Shown here one piece after another: positions 41,035 to 51,537 of a stretch of 64,000 nt of DNA. The DNA is from an uncultured Cellvibrionales bacterium (GTDB lineage: Bacteria > Pseudomonadota > Gammaproteobacteria > Pseudomonadales > CAWVSB01), in the NCBI GenBank assembly GCA_963933215.1, contig CAWVSB010000006.1, positions 112,643 through 176,642 of the forward strand, read 5' to 3'. The notes under the pieces were generated by a model. The model searched no databases and was not told the DNA's origin. It saw nothing but the letters and a program-made list of their open reading frames with translations. The position numbers and the translations under genes were made by a program. Positions within the stretch are counted from its first letter, which is position 1, and each line of letters starts with the position of its first letter.

Positions 41035-41589
41035 ATGACTGCGACATATAAACAATCAGGATTCACATTAGTAGAGCTATTGGTGGTTATATCTATTGCC
41101 GCTATATTGGCAACCATAGCGGCGCCTTCTTTTGTTGATATGGCAAAGAATAGCCGCGTGAATAGTGCCGCTCGTGAATTCCAGAGCATAGTGCAGCTAG
41201 CTCGCACTGAAGCAATCACTCGCAATGCCATTGTCAATATCTACAATCCCAATACCGATGGTAACTGGAGTGATGATATATATCTTTGCCAAGCTGCCAC
41301 GGCAGCAACCGCATGTGTCCTTAATAGTACAAATTTTATTAAAAAGTTTGCCATAGGTGATTTGAGTGCCGATAGCGTAAGTAATGGAGACCTTACAATA
41401 GACAGTAATAATGCCGCCAATGCCTTTATTAGTTTCAATATAAATGGCAGATTAAATGGCAACATTAGCATTAGCATTGCACTGTGTGATAACAGAATAC
41501 GAGGTAATCGAGATTTTCAGCTACTAACTATAGCCGTTACCGGCCGCCCAACTATTACTGATTTAGGAGTAGGCGCATGCGAACAATGA
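41035..41589 (+). CDS. fimU: Type IV pilus minor pilin FimU (GspH family)
   Basis: Canonical class III signal KQSG/FTLVELLVVISIAAIL. GspH/FimU-like size and position. Confidence 0.8.
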   Translation: MTATYKQSGFTLVELLVVISIAAILATIAAPSFVDMAKNSRVNSAAREFQSIVQLARTEAITRNAIVNIYNPNTDGNWSDDIYLCQAATAATACVLNSTNFIKKFAIGDLSADSVSNGDLTIDSNNAANAFISFNINGRLNGNISISIALCDNRIRGNRDFQLLTIAVTGRPTITDLGVGACEQ

Positions 41590-42176
41590 TTCCAACCATG
41601 CGTTATGAAAAAGGCGTATCACTTGTAGAAGTGCTTGTTTCAATGATTATTTTTGCGGTTGGGATTCTAGGTATGGCAGCGCTACAAACTAGAGTACTAC
41701 AAGAAAACGTCGATCAACATCAACGCCAAGTAGCTATATCCTCTGCCCAAGCAATTATTGATCGAATTACCATGAATCGATCACCAGCGGCACTAGTACA
41801 GTATGTCACCAGCGTCAGTAGCAATAATATTTGCAATGCAGCGCCAGCACAAATCTGCGCTGAGTCCTATAGCGGAGGCGCCGAAGTCGACGCCGCCACA
41901 TGCTCTGAGACTCAAATGGCTACTTATGATGCATGGGATATCTTTTGTGCTAACAACGAAGGCAGCGCCGGCCAGCTTACTAACTTTAATGCTAGACTTA
42001 CCTGTACGACCGCAACATGTGACTCTGTTGGCGGCGAAAATCTAACATTACAACTATTATGGCGCTCTCGCGCTGCACAATCAGACCCTCGATTTCCCAG
42101 CACAACTATTGATGATGACGCTAATTTAGCAGACGGCCCAGATATTGACGGCTATATTCAGGTGTTTCGCCCATGA
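41577..42176 (+). CDS. pilV: Type IV pilus modification protein PilV
   Basis: EKG/VSLVEVLVSMIIFAVGILG N-terminus typical of PilV. Overlaps the fimU end. Internal ATGs at 41586 and 41598 are alternative starts. Confidence 0.8.
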   Translation: MRTMIPTMRYEKGVSLVEVLVSMIIFAVGILGMAALQTRVLQENVDQHQRQVAISSAQAIIDRITMNRSPAALVQYVTSVSSNNICNAAPAQICAESYSGGAEVDAATCSETQMATYDAWDIFCANNEGSAGQLTNFNARLTCTTATCDSVGGENLTLQLLWRSRAAQSDPRFPSTTIDDDANLADGPDIDGYIQVFRP

Positions 42177-43021
42177 TTAGTCACAACTCAAGAAATCAGA
42201 CGGGGTTTACCTTAGTTGAGCTAATGGTTTCTATATTGATTAGTAGCGTAATGATAGGTGTAGCGCTTAGCCAGCTACTAGGCTCTAGAACATTATTTGC
42301 GCTGCAAGAAGCCGATTCTTTAATTGAAGATAATGCTCGTTATGCGTTAGAAGTCCTGCTCTCCGCTTCAGCTAAGGCTGGCTATGTCGATAGCCTAGAT
42401 GATGGTCAAGAACCAGTATTCAGTCAGTTTTTTGGCGCCGTATGTGAAGCAGCCTATACCCCGTGCACAGACGATGGTGCAGGTACTAACCCTGACCACA
42501 TTGCTATTTGGCATAACCCCCCAGCGGGAGCAGCCAATGAAATAACTTGCGCAGGCATAGCACTGGCTACTGCATCATCTCGCAAATATGGCATTATAGA
42601 TTTGTTTTACGTAGATACAGCGACATCTTCACTTAAATGTCGAAGTTACTCGGTCAATACTGACGGAACACTTAGTGTCAGCTATATAATAGGCAGCGAT
42701 CAAACCATTGTAGATGGTATTGCTAACATGCAAATCCTATACGGCATTACTGAACTTGGAACGTCCGGGGACAGGCCCGAACGCTATGTGTCTGCATCAA
42801 CTCTTGAAGACTATGACGATGCTAGTGATTACTATACAAAATGGACTCGTATTGTTTCAGTGAAAATAACCCTACTTGCAGGCACTGGGTTTGATGACAA
42901 TATGTCGCCTCGAGCCAATGCTAGCTATAATTTGGCCGATGCCCCCGCTATTACCCCCAACGACAACAATCGACGCAAAATTTTCTCCGGCACAACGGCA
43001 CTCTATAATGCAAACTTATAA
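42173..43021 (+). CDS. pilW: Type IV pilus assembly protein PilW
   Basis: QTG/FTLVELMVSILISSVMIG prepilin N-terminus. 282 aa, with PilW-like position and a 4-nt overlap with pilV. Confidence 0.8.
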   Translation: MISHNSRNQTGFTLVELMVSILISSVMIGVALSQLLGSRTLFALQEADSLIEDNARYALEVLLSASAKAGYVDSLDDGQEPVFSQFFGAVCEAAYTPCTDDGAGTNPDHIAIWHNPPAGAANEITCAGIALATASSRKYGIIDLFYVDTATSSLKCRSYSVNTDGTLSVSYIIGSDQTIVDGIANMQILYGITELGTSGDRPERYVSASTLEDYDDASDYYTKWTRIVSVKITLLAGTGFDDNMSPRANASYNLADAPAITPNDNNRRKIFSGTTALYNANL

Positions 43022-43529
43022 GTTAAGACGACAGCAACAAAAAGGTGCAACTCTAATTATTACTTTGGTAGTTCTTACTGCAATGACAATTTTAGGGATA
43101 TCGTCGATAAGGAATACCAGCATTCATCAGCTGATTGTCAAAAATACTCAAATGCTATTCAGTGCACGTAAAACCGCTTTTACTGAGATCAATGGTCAGC
43201 TAGACATAATTAATACCAATCATAAAAGCGAAAATGACCAAATAATAACTGATTTACTAAATGACGCTGACGGCAAACTACCAATAGCCGACACTTCCGG
43301 CGAGAGCAATAACACTCCCGAGAAATTAGCGGTAAATCACGCAGCAATGGGGCAAACGGTTAGCGTCACCCTAGTATGCAAAGCCTGCACTGTTCCGGTT
43401 GGTGGGTTTAGTATTGGCACAGGGCTAAGTGCCGTTATTGGCGTTATTAATTCTCAAGCAACTATTGAAAACACCGCAACACAATCCACTCAAGAACAAA
43501 TCTTTTGGTACTTAATACCCACGGGGTAA
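43008..43529 (+). CDS. pilX: Type IV pilus minor pilin PilX
   Basis: From ATG 43008: MQTYKLRRQQQKGATLIITLVVLTAMTILG, a typical PilX_N region. Overlaps the pilW end by 14 nt. Confidence 0.75.
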   Translation: MQTYKLRRQQQKGATLIITLVVLTAMTILGISSIRNTSIHQLIVKNTQMLFSARKTAFTEINGQLDIINTNHKSENDQIITDLLNDADGKLPIADTSGESNNTPEKLAVNHAAMGQTVSVTLVCKACTVPVGGFSIGTGLSAVIGVINSQATIENTATQSTQEQIFWYLIPTG

Positions 43530-43536
43530 ATCCGAC

Positions 43537-43890
43537 ATGAGAATTATAAAGTTCACTGCATTGTTAGCTATTTTGACGGCGCCAACGGCTAACGCCCAAA
43601 TGAGTTTAATAAAAGGCAGTACCAGTTACTTAGAAGCCGTTAGCTTTATTGTTACTGTTGCACCCACTAACGATAATCAGAAAACGATCAAGTTTATTAA
43701 CTGTGGCAGTGATTGCCCAGAACAACTATTTGCTGACGATGACACCCAAGTTATTAGAAAAGTCAACAACGAAAGAATCAAAACCAGGGTTGGCGAATTA
43801 AAAATAAACCTCAGCTATCCAGCGGATACTATTAGCTACGACAAAGAATCACTGCAAACCTTTGGCATTATGCTAGAACCAGGTTTTTAA
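43537..43890 (+). CDS. Small secreted hypothetical protein inside the pilus cluster
   Basis: 117 aa with signal peptide MRIIKFTALLAILTAPTANA. Lies 7 nt after pilX and 11 nt before pilY1. No prepilin motif and no family I recognise. Confidence 0.6.
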   Translation: MRIIKFTALLAILTAPTANAQMSLIKGSTSYLEAVSFIVTVAPTNDNQKTIKFINCGSDCPEQLFADDDTQVIRKVNNERIKTRVGELKINLSYPADTISYDKESLQTFGIMLEPGF

Positions 43891-43901
43891 AAGGTATCGT
43901 T

Positions 43902-46900
43902 ATGAAACTATCACTAGCAAAGAATTATCTATTGGCGTCAGTATTCGCTATTGCAGCAGTAAGCACTGCTGAACTTGCCTATGCTGACGATATTGAGATT
44001 TATACAACTGTCAACAACAGTTCAAATACAGCGGCTGCAAACCATAATATTATGTTTGTCATGGATACATCCGGTAGTATGGCATGGTCAGTAGCTGGTC
44101 TATCGGCTGCCGGCGGATATGACCCGACCGAAGACTACGGCGACTCAGATGATAAAATCTATGTCTACAACTCTGAGTTTGATTTTACCGATAACACGAT
44201 AGAAAACGATCAAAACAAATGCCAAACACTGGCCAATGTATTTGGCAGCGCAACAACCTACCCAGTTTACTATGACCGAGGCCTTCAATGGCAGCAAACC
44301 ACCGACTTTATTGATGGTGGTGAAACCTGTAATACAACAACTTCCGGCGCCACAACTTTCCCCTCAACGACTATATTTGAAAGTGACAGAAACGAATGGG
44401 TATTACTACTAGAGGAGAATATTCCTACTGGTGGCGGCGAATTAATTATAGAAGTTAACGCTACTCGCCGAGTAAAAGTTTATGTAGAGACCTTTCGCAG
44501 CAGCAATACTAACGACGACGACTATTATTGCTATGACAAAAGAGCTGATCCTAATCGCACCTGCAGCGGTGATGTTGAAGATGATCACGACAGATTAATA
44601 GTCTGGGCTTATACAAAACGAACAAATGTATCAATAACTGTATCGGGTAGCCTTGGAGGCGTAACTACAAACATCTGCACCGACAATCCAGACACTCCAA
44701 TTAGTACTAACGATTGGAAATCTGCATTCATCAACACCTCTAACAGTAGTTCTGTTTTTGAATGTAGAAATGATAATGGATCCCATGGCATTGATGGCGT
44801 TAGCAGCAATACTTATGTTGAAGACTGCCCTTACGGAACAGAATGTACTAGCCCCAGATATACATCAACTGCTAGTGACGAAATAAACTGGAACTCTAGC
44901 CCATTCCAATACTTTGTGCCTGGTAACTATCATGACTATTTAGAAAATGGTGGAACGGTAGATATGTCAGTCTTGTTAGCCGACGAACAAGATGCCTCCA
45001 CTTATTGCTCTCAAAGTAATGACGATCGAATTGGCGACATTTTTATCGATAGCGATACAAAACTTGTTTTTGAATGCTTTGAGCGCATTCAAGTTATGAA
45101 AGATGCGGTAAGCAATCTAGTCAGCAGTCTTGCAGCTGCGCCGATAAACATAGGCTTAATGCGCTTTAATCGACGCGATGATGCATGGGTGGGTACCCAA
45201 GGTGGAACCGTAGTCAACGCTGTTGGAAACATTTCAACCAATGGCGCTGCTTTTGCAACTGCACTTAGTGCATTACCTGCAAGTGGCGGCACACCTTTAT
45301 CCGAATCTCTTTACGAAGCATATCGTTATTATGGCGGCAAAAGCATGGACTACGGCCGTACAATAGACTGCGGCACCTCCGGCGTAGAGTGCACAGCGAG
45401 CGCAGCCCGATCTGGCAACAACTACATTTCGCCAATAACATCTTCATGCCAAACCAATAACATTATATTTTTATCTGACGGCGAGCCCAGCAACAATGAT
45501 GGGGGCAGGGATGCGCAAATAAAAGCAGCCGCAGGCGTCACTGACTGTGGCACTGTTGGTGATGCGGGCAAATGTCTTGATGAAATGGCTTTGGCTATGG
45601 CAAATAGGGATATGAATCTTAATGTGTCGGGTACAAACACTGTCAAGACTTATACTATTGGCCTTGATATAGACCTACCCTTATTAGAGAATACTGCCGA
45701 TAGTGGCAACGGTGAATATTTTACTGCTACTAGCTTGAGTGATTTAGAAGAAGCTTTTCAATCCATCATTATCGACATACTTTCTGACGCCGGTTCTTTC
45801 ACTGCACCCGCTGTCTCAGTCAACGCATTTAATGAATCAAGAAATAGAAACGAACTTTATTTTGCATTGTTTGAGCCTAGTGGAACCCCTAGATGGGCAG
45901 GAAATATTAAAAAATATTTCTTGAGTAATAGTGGCGAACTGCTGGATAAAAATGGTGACACTGCGGTAGATCAGGCTAGCAGTTTTTTTAAAGAAACGGC
46001 CCAAAGCTTTTGGTCATCGGTAGTAGATGGGACAAATGTTGCCTTAGGTGGCGCCGCTGGCAAGCTCACCACTAGCAGAAACATTTATGCAACTTATGAC
46101 AATGACGCGCCAAATATTCCGCAACTGCTTACTGCTAGTAACTTTTCATCAATTAGCTTAGATGAATTGCGCGTTAACAGTGACACTGAAAGAGCCGATT
46201 ATTTAAATTGGCTGTTAGGCAAAGATGTATTTGATGACGATAAGGATAACATCACTGACGAACCTGCAATGTTCTTAGGTGACCCGCTGCACTCTACGCC
46301 TGAAGTAGTCACCTTCGGCGGGACAGCTGACTCACCAGAAGACGTACTGTTTTTTGCAACTAACCTGGGGACGCTTCATGCCATAGACCCTGCCGACGGC
46401 ACAGAGTTATGGGCATATTTAGCAGCAGATCACAGAGCTAACTTGCGTGAATATATCCTTGCGCCTAACTCTATTGAGCATTTTTATGGCCTCGATGGGC
46501 CAATAACATTACTAACCAAAGAAGCTACCGGCAGCACCTCTAACAATTTCTCATTAGCTAAGGCGCAACTGTATATTGGCGAGCGACGCGGTGGCAGTAG
46601 CTATTATGGTTTTGATGTCAGTAATGCAAGAAGCCAGCTTGATACCAGCTATGCCACGCCATTTAAAAAACTGTTTACTATTACCGGCGCTTATACTGGC
46701 AAACCGGCAAATATAGCTAACCCTAGTGATATCGGTGTCAGCTCAGGCTTTAGCGATCTAGCCCAAACTTGGGGAAAAATGCAAGAGACCTATATAAAGG
46801 TGGCGGGAGTAAAAACAAAGGTTCTCATATTCCCCGGCGGTTACGATCCTCGCCACGACGACATAAATTACTCTAGTACCGCAGCCACTGATGATAGCAA

Positions 46901-48086
46901 GACTATTTCCGACTATGGTAACGCTATCTATATCGTTAACGCTGACACTGGGGCTCTTCTTTATTCAATCGGCAACAATTTCGATGATGATGACACTGAT
47001 CCATTAAATAGCTCTGTAAGAGATGCTAGGCTACATAATTTACCTTTGCCAATGATGGATTCGATTGTAGCTACGCCTAATTTAGTAGATAGGCGTGGCG
47101 ACGGGTTCGTCGACATGATTTACGCTATTGATATAAAAGGCCATATATGGCGGATTGATATAGATAGCAACAAGTCTAATAATGAAGCCGGCTTTGCTAA
47201 TGGGGGAATGATTGCAGATTTATCTTCCAGCACCGAAAACAGACGGTTTTATAATTCGATAGATGTGTCACGTTCGAACATCAATTCAGGCAGTAACCAC
47301 TTCAATCTTGTTGTAGGCTCAGGCTATCGTGCTTCTCCCTCAACAACAGAGACGTGGAAAAATGGTCTCTATTTTATTTTTGATGACTACACGTCAAGTA
47401 GAGCGCTTGAAGATGATGAAGAACTTAATAGGTATAAATACGTTAGTGAAACCACCGCAGGTGTAACCAGTAATCGAGCTATCGTACTTAGCGACATATT
47501 GGAAACTAGCTTGCAGGCACCGAAGGTTAAAGCTGACGCCCCTTATGGATTTTTTCTCGAGCTAGCAGAAGGTGAAAAGATATTACAATCAAGCATAACC
47601 TTTAATAATAAAGTGGCTGTTTCCTCGTATCTGGTTTCAGGTGGAACCGTTGCACAACAGAACGTTTGTGGCGGCAGCATTGGCTCATCAAGGACCTATG
47701 TGCTGGATGCCAACTCTGGCACCTCAGTACTGACGGCAGAAGATCTCAGCGGTGAAGCAATTATTATTGAAGCTGGCACTGAGATAAATGTAAATGATGT
47801 TGAATCCTTTATCAGCGCTAGCGGCCAGGAAGTTGTTATTGCAGATAATAATTTTGCTACCGATGCAAGTGGCATCATACTGAGAGATAGTAGTGGAGCT
47901 GCATTAATAAACTTTTTGACCGATACCGGTACAAAAGGTATTGGTGGCCCCATATCGCTAATCTTCCTTGATAATCTTATCGTTTGCGATGGTGCCGACT
48001 GCGACAATGAACAGGTTCAGCGGACGCTAACAGAAAACTTAGAGTTGAGGCGAGCTTATAGATCAGATTGGCGAGAAGTTAAATAA
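43902..48086 (+). CDS. pilY1: Type IV pilus tip adhesin/biogenesis factor PilY1 (vWA domain + C-terminal PilY1 propeller)
   Basis: 1394 aa with a signal peptide. vWA MIDAS elements are present (DTSGS at aa 55-59, GGTPLSESL, IFLSDGEPS). The C-terminal region has the PilY1 signature loop DRRGDGFVDMIYAIDIKGHIWRIDI. Confidence 0.88.
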   Translation: MKLSLAKNYLLASVFAIAAVSTAELAYADDIEIYTTVNNSSNTAAANHNIMFVMDTSGSMAWSVAGLSAAGGYDPTEDYGDSDDKIYVYNSEFDFTDNTIENDQNKCQTLANVFGSATTYPVYYDRGLQWQQTTDFIDGGETCNTTTSGATTFPSTTIFESDRNEWVLLLEENIPTGGGELIIEVNATRRVKVYVETFRSSNTNDDDYYCYDKRADPNRTCSGDVEDDHDRLIVWAYTKRTNVSITVSGSLGGVTTNICTDNPDTPISTNDWKSAFINTSNSSSVFECRNDNGSHGIDGVSSNTYVEDCPYGTECTSPRYTSTASDEINWNSSPFQYFVPGNYHDYLENGGTVDMSVLLADEQDASTYCSQSNDDRIGDIFIDSDTKLVFECFERIQVMKDAVSNLVSSLAAAPINIGLMRFNRRDDAWVGTQGGTVVNAVGNISTNGAAFATALSALPASGGTPLSESLYEAYRYYGGKSMDYGRTIDCGTSGVECTASAARSGNNYISPITSSCQTNNIIFLSDGEPSNNDGGRDAQIKAAAGVTDCGTVGDAGKCLDEMALAMANRDMNLNVSGTNTVKTYTIGLDIDLPLLENTADSGNGEYFTATSLSDLEEAFQSIIIDILSDAGSFTAPAVSVNAFNESRNRNELYFALFEPSGTPRWAGNIKKYFLSNSGELLDKNGDTAVDQASSFFKETAQSFWSSVVDGTNVALGGAAGKLTTSRNIYATYDNDAPNIPQLLTASNFSSISLDELRVNSDTERADYLNWLLGKDVFDDDKDNITDEPAMFLGDPLHSTPEVVTFGGTADSPEDVLFFATNLGTLHAIDPADGTELWAYLAADHRANLREYILAPNSIEHFYGLDGPITLLTKEATGSTSNNFSLAKAQLYIGERRGGSSYYGFDVSNARSQLDTSYATPFKKLFTITGAYTGKPANIANPSDIGVSSGFSDLAQTWGKMQETYIKVAGVKTKVLIFPGGYDPRHDDINYSSTAATDDSKTISDYGNAIYIVNADTGALLYSIGNNFDDDDTDPLNSSVRDARLHNLPLPMMDSIVATPNLVDRRGDGFVDMIYAIDIKGHIWRIDIDSNKSNNEAGFANGGMIADLSSSTENRRFYNSIDVSRSNINSGSNHFNLVVGSGYRASPSTTETWKNGLYFIFDDYTSSRALEDDEELNRYKYVSETTAGVTSNRAIVLSDILETSLQAPKVKADAPYGFFLELAEGEKILQSSITFNNKVAVSSYLVSGGTVAQQNVCGGSIGSSRTYVLDANSGTSVLTAEDLSGEAIIIEAGTEINVNDVESFISASGQEVVIADNNFATDASGIILRDSSGAALINFLTDTGTKGIGGPISLIFLDNLIVCDGADCDNEQVQRTLTENLELRRAYRSDWREVK

Positions 48087-48088
48087 CA

Positions 48089-48508
48089 ATGTCCATACAT
48101 CTGTTAAAAAAGCATAAAGGCTTTACGCTTTTAGAACTTATGATAGTTACAGCTATTATTGGGACTCTGGTGTCGATAGCGGTGCCTAGCTATACCGCTT
48201 ATATTAGGGAAAGCCGTGAGACCGATGGCCGAGAAGATACCTATCGAATAATGGCGCAGCAAGAGCGATATTTTTTAAAAAACATGGCTTATAGCGACAA
48301 TCTGGGGCTTGGTGGCCTAGGCTATAGCGGCGCTGCTAATGCAGCGGTAACAAGCCCTGGAGGGTTCTTTGCCATGACTGCATCAACTTGTACCGGCTGG
48401 GCTGCGACCGATTTTTCTTGCATTAGGGTCATTGCCACAGGGCAAGACCAAATGGCAGCAACTAATTTTTGGCTTGAAAGCAATGGCAGTCAATCCCCAA
48501 ACCTATAA
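48089..48508 (+). CDS. pilE: Type IV pilin-like protein PilE
   Basis: KHKG/FTLLELMIVTAIIGTLVSIAVPSY canonical prepilin N-terminus. 139 aa, immediately after pilY1. Confidence 0.85.
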   Translation: MSIHLLKKHKGFTLLELMIVTAIIGTLVSIAVPSYTAYIRESRETDGREDTYRIMAQQERYFLKNMAYSDNLGLGGLGYSGAANAAVTSPGGFFAMTASTCTGWAATDFSCIRVIATGQDQMAATNFWLESNGSQSPNL

Positions 48509-48569
48509 GCTAGTTTTAAGCAGTTACCGCTTAAAGTAATCCAATAACTAAAAATAAAGGTAATGTTCT

Positions 48570-48599
48570 TTGCCGCTAACTGCCTCATGCAGATATAAT
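48570..48599 (+). promoter_or_regulatory. Candidate sigma70 promoter of uvrA
   Basis: TTGCCG (48570-48575), an 18-nt spacer, then TATAAT (48594-48599), 27 nt upstream of the uvrA ATG. Confidence 0.4.
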
Positions 48600-48625
48600 G
48601 GTCGATTAGCCAAAGAGAAGTTTTA

Positions 48626-51454
48626 ATGGATACTATTGTTGTACGCGGTGCTCGCACTCATAATCTTAAAAACATTGATATCGATATCCCACGAGACAAG
48701 TTGGTAGTCATTACCGGCCTATCTGGATCTGGTAAGTCATCGCTCGCTTTTGACACGCTTTACGCAGAAGGGCAGCGACGCTATGTTGAGTCATTATCAA
48801 CTTATGCGCGCCAGTTTTTGTCAATGATGGAAAAACCTGATGTTGATCACATTGAAGGTTTGTCTCCTGCCATTTCTATTGAACAAAAATCAACCTCTCA
48901 TAACCCGCGCTCTACCGTCGGAACAATCACTGAAATTTATGACTACCTGCGCCTACTTTATGCACGAGTAGGCACGCCCCGCTGCCCTACCCATGGCAAT
49001 GCCCTTGAAGCGCAAACAGTTAGCCAAATGGTTGACCATACGCTGGCACTAGAGGAAGGCAGCAAAATTATGGTGTTGGCGCCTATTGTTCGTGCCCGCA
49101 AGGGAGAACACTTACAACTGCTAGACCAAATGCGCTCACAAGGCTTTGTTCGCGCCCGTATTGATGGTGTTGTTTATGAACTTGATGAAGTTCCCGCGCT
49201 AGAGAAAAACAAAAAACACACCATTGAAGTTGTTATTGACCGCTTAAAAGTTCGCCCTGAGGCGCAGCTGCGTCTTTCTGAGACCATGGAAACTGCGCTT
49301 AACCAGGCTGACGGTTTAGCAATTATTAGTTATATGGATGACGACGACAAAGCTGATATCGTGTTTTCTGCGCGCTATGCCTGCCCTGAATGTGGTTTTG
49401 CCATTAAGGAACTTGAACCGCGACTGTTCTCATTCAACAACCCAGCCGGTGCCTGTAGTGCCTGTGACGGTTTAGGTGTCGATCAGTATTTTGACGAGTC
49501 GCTAATTGTGCAGCATCCGGAAGCAAGTTTGTCTCAAGGCGCTATTCGTGGCTGGGACAAACGCAGCGTCTATTATTATCACATGCTGACATCACTTGCC
49601 GGGCATTTCGGTTTTGATGTTGATAGTCCTTTTGAAACCCTAACCAAAAAACATCGAGACACTATTCTGCACGGCAGTGGTAAAGAAGAAATAACCTTTA
49701 ACTACATAAATGACAAAGGCGATATATATAAGCGCACGCATGCTTTTGAAGGCGTTGTCCCTAACATGAACCGTCGCTATAAAGACACTGAGTCGCAAAT
49801 GGTGCGCGAGGAGCTAGCCAAATATCTTAGCGTGCAGTCATGCCCAAAATGCAGCGGTACCCGGCTCGGCGAAGCTGCTAGACATGTAGAAATAGCAGGA
49901 AGGAATCTTCCCAGCATTACCCAACTTTCAGTAATGAATTGCATCAGCTATTTTGAACAGCTTAGTTTAACTGGTAGCAAGGCTGAGATTGCCGATAAAA
50001 TACTTAAAGAGATACATCTTCGATTAAAGTTTTTGGCTGATGTTGGGCTTGAATACTTGAGCTTAGACCGCAGTGCCGACACACTATCTGGCGGTGAAGC
50101 ACAGCGTATTAGATTAGCCAGCCAAATAGGCGCCGGCCTAGTAGGCGTTATGTATATTCTTGATGAGCCATCAATTGGACTCCATCAACGCGACAATGAA
50201 AGACTTTTCAACACCTTGATTCATCTGCGCGATCTGGGTAATACAGTAATTGTAGTAGAGCATGACGAAGACACTATTCGCAACGCAGATCATGTCATAG
50301 ATGTTGGCCCCGGCGCGGGAGTGCACGGCGGTGAAATTATTGCCCAAGGTACTTTTAAAGATATCCTAGAAAACGAAAAGTCTATTACTGGTCAATATCT
50401 GTCAGGCAAACAAAAAATAGATATACCCAAAACCCGCAACAAACCCGACAGCAAAAAAATGCTGGTATTAAGCGGTGCCACTGGTAACAATTTAAACAAT
50501 GTCACCATGGAAATACCGCTTGGCTTGATGACTTGTATTACCGGCGTTTCAGGCTCGGGAAAATCGACATTAATTAACAGAACGCTTTATCCGGTAGCTG
50601 CAACTGAACTGAACAACGCAACGACATTGACAGCCGCTCCCTATGATGAAATTACCGGTTTAGACTTAGTCGACAAGTGTATTGATATTGACCAAAGTCC
50701 AATCGGTAGAACGCCTCGCTCCAACCCGGCAACTTACACTGGCCTATTTACGCCTATTAGAGAATTATTTGCTGGCACCCAAGAAGCAAGGTCGCGTGGA
50801 TATAAGCCGGGGCGCTTTAGTTTTAACGTTAAAGGCGGCCGCTGTGAAGCCTGCCAAGGCGATGGCCTAGTGAAAGTTGAAATGCATTTTTTGCCCGACG
50901 TCTATGTGGCCTGTGAAATCTGCCAAAGCCAACGTTATAACCGCGAAACCTTAGAGGTCAAATACAAAGGTAAAAACATTCACGATGTGCTTGAGCTAAC
51001 AGTCGAAGATGCACGAGTTTTCTTTGACGCTGTGCCATCACTGGCAATAAAGCTACAAACGTTAATAGATGTTGGCTTAACATATGTGAAACTCGGCCAG
51101 CCGGCGACGACTCTTTCAGGCGGTGAAGCACAGCGGGTAAAGTTGTCTAAAGAACTGTCTAAACGTGACACCGGTAAAACCCTATATATCTTAGATGAGC
51201 CTACCACCGGCCTGCATTTTCACGATATAAAGCAATTGCTAGGGGTGCTGCATCGTCTGCGTGACCATGGCAACACCGTCATCGTTATTGAACACAACCT
51301 GGACGTGGTGAAAACCGCTGACTGGGTGATAGATCTAGGGCCTGAAGGCGGTGATGGCGGCGGTGATATTATTGCTTATGGTACGCCAGAAGACGTTGCC
51401 CAACAAAAAGACTCACATACCGGTAGATTTTTAAAGCCAATATTAGAGGCTTAA
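48626..51454 (+). CDS. uvrA: Excinuclease ABC subunit A
   Basis: 942 aa. Starts [14 protein letters not shown]...[21 protein letters not shown], with two ABC modules and zinc-finger cysteines. Confidence 0.98.
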   Translation: MDTIVVRGARTHNLKNIDIDIPRDKLVVITGLSGSGKSSLAFDTLYAEGQRRYVESLSTYARQFLSMMEKPDVDHIEGLSPAISIEQKSTSHNPRSTVGTITEIYDYLRLLYARVGTPRCPTHGNALEAQTVSQMVDHTLALEEGSKIMVLAPIVRARKGEHLQLLDQMRSQGFVRARIDGVVYELDEVPALEKNKKHTIEVVIDRLKVRPEAQLRLSETMETALNQADGLAIISYMDDDDKADIVFSARYACPECGFAIKELEPRLFSFNNPAGACSACDGLGVDQYFDESLIVQHPEASLSQGAIRGWDKRSVYYYHMLTSLAGHFGFDVDSPFETLTKKHRDTILHGSGKEEITFNYINDKGDIYKRTHAFEGVVPNMNRRYKDTESQMVREELAKYLSVQSCPKCSGTRLGEAARHVEIAGRNLPSITQLSVMNCISYFEQLSLTGSKAEIADKILKEIHLRLKFLADVGLEYLSLDRSADTLSGGEAQRIRLASQIGAGLVGVMYILDEPSIGLHQRDNERLFNTLIHLRDLGNTVIVVEHDEDTIRNADHVIDVGPGAGVHGGEIIAQGTFKDILENEKSITGQYLSGKQKIDIPKTRNKPDSKKMLVLSGATGNNLNNVTMEIPLGLMTCITGVSGSGKSTLINRTLYPVAATELNNATTLTAAPYDEITGLDLVDKCIDIDQSPIGRTPRSNPATYTGLFTPIRELFAGTQEARSRGYKPGRFSFNVKGGRCEACQGDGLVKVEMHFLPDVYVACEICQSQRYNRETLEVKYKGKNIHDVLELTVEDARVFFDAVPSLAIKLQTLIDVGLTYVKLGQPATTLSGGEAQRVKLSKELSKRDTGKTLYILDEPTTGLHFHDIKQLLGVLHRLRDHGNTVIVIEHNLDVVKTADWVIDLGPEGGDGGGDIIAYGTPEDVAQQKDSHTGRFLKPILEA

Positions 51455-51493
51455 GTTAAACAGGGTGGCCCCTTAAGATAAACAGCCGCTCAC

Positions 51494-51519
51494 AAAAAAG
51501 GCCGGTAATCACCGGCCTT
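51494..51519. terminator. Bidirectional hairpin terminator between convergent uvrA and rplQ
   Basis: 9-bp stem aaggccggt/accggcctt with a 4-nt loop. An A6 run upstream gives T6 on the minus strand, so it is strongest for rplQ. Confidence 0.75.
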
Positions 51520-51537
51520 CTCAATTTGCTTAAAGAC

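Noticed and set aside
47094-47102. RGD tripeptide in PilY1 (..VDRRGDGFVD..), reminiscent of the integrin-binding RGD reported in P. aeruginosa PilY1.
   Set aside because: A tripeptide is expected by chance in a 1394-aa protein. Here it sits inside the conserved D-x-x-x-D-x-x-x-D calcium-loop region rather than at a separate exposed site, and nothing suggests a host-associated lifestyle.
48580-48592. CTGCCTCATGCAG in the uvrA promoter region, considered as a LexA/SOS box. I also inspected upstream of ssb (38741-38828) and the dinG string.
   Set aside because: The element is CTG-N7-CAG, not the 16-bp CTGT-N8-ACAG gammaproteobacterial SOS box. I found no canonical box by eye at any of the three loci. 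A position-weight-matrix scan would be needed to be sure.
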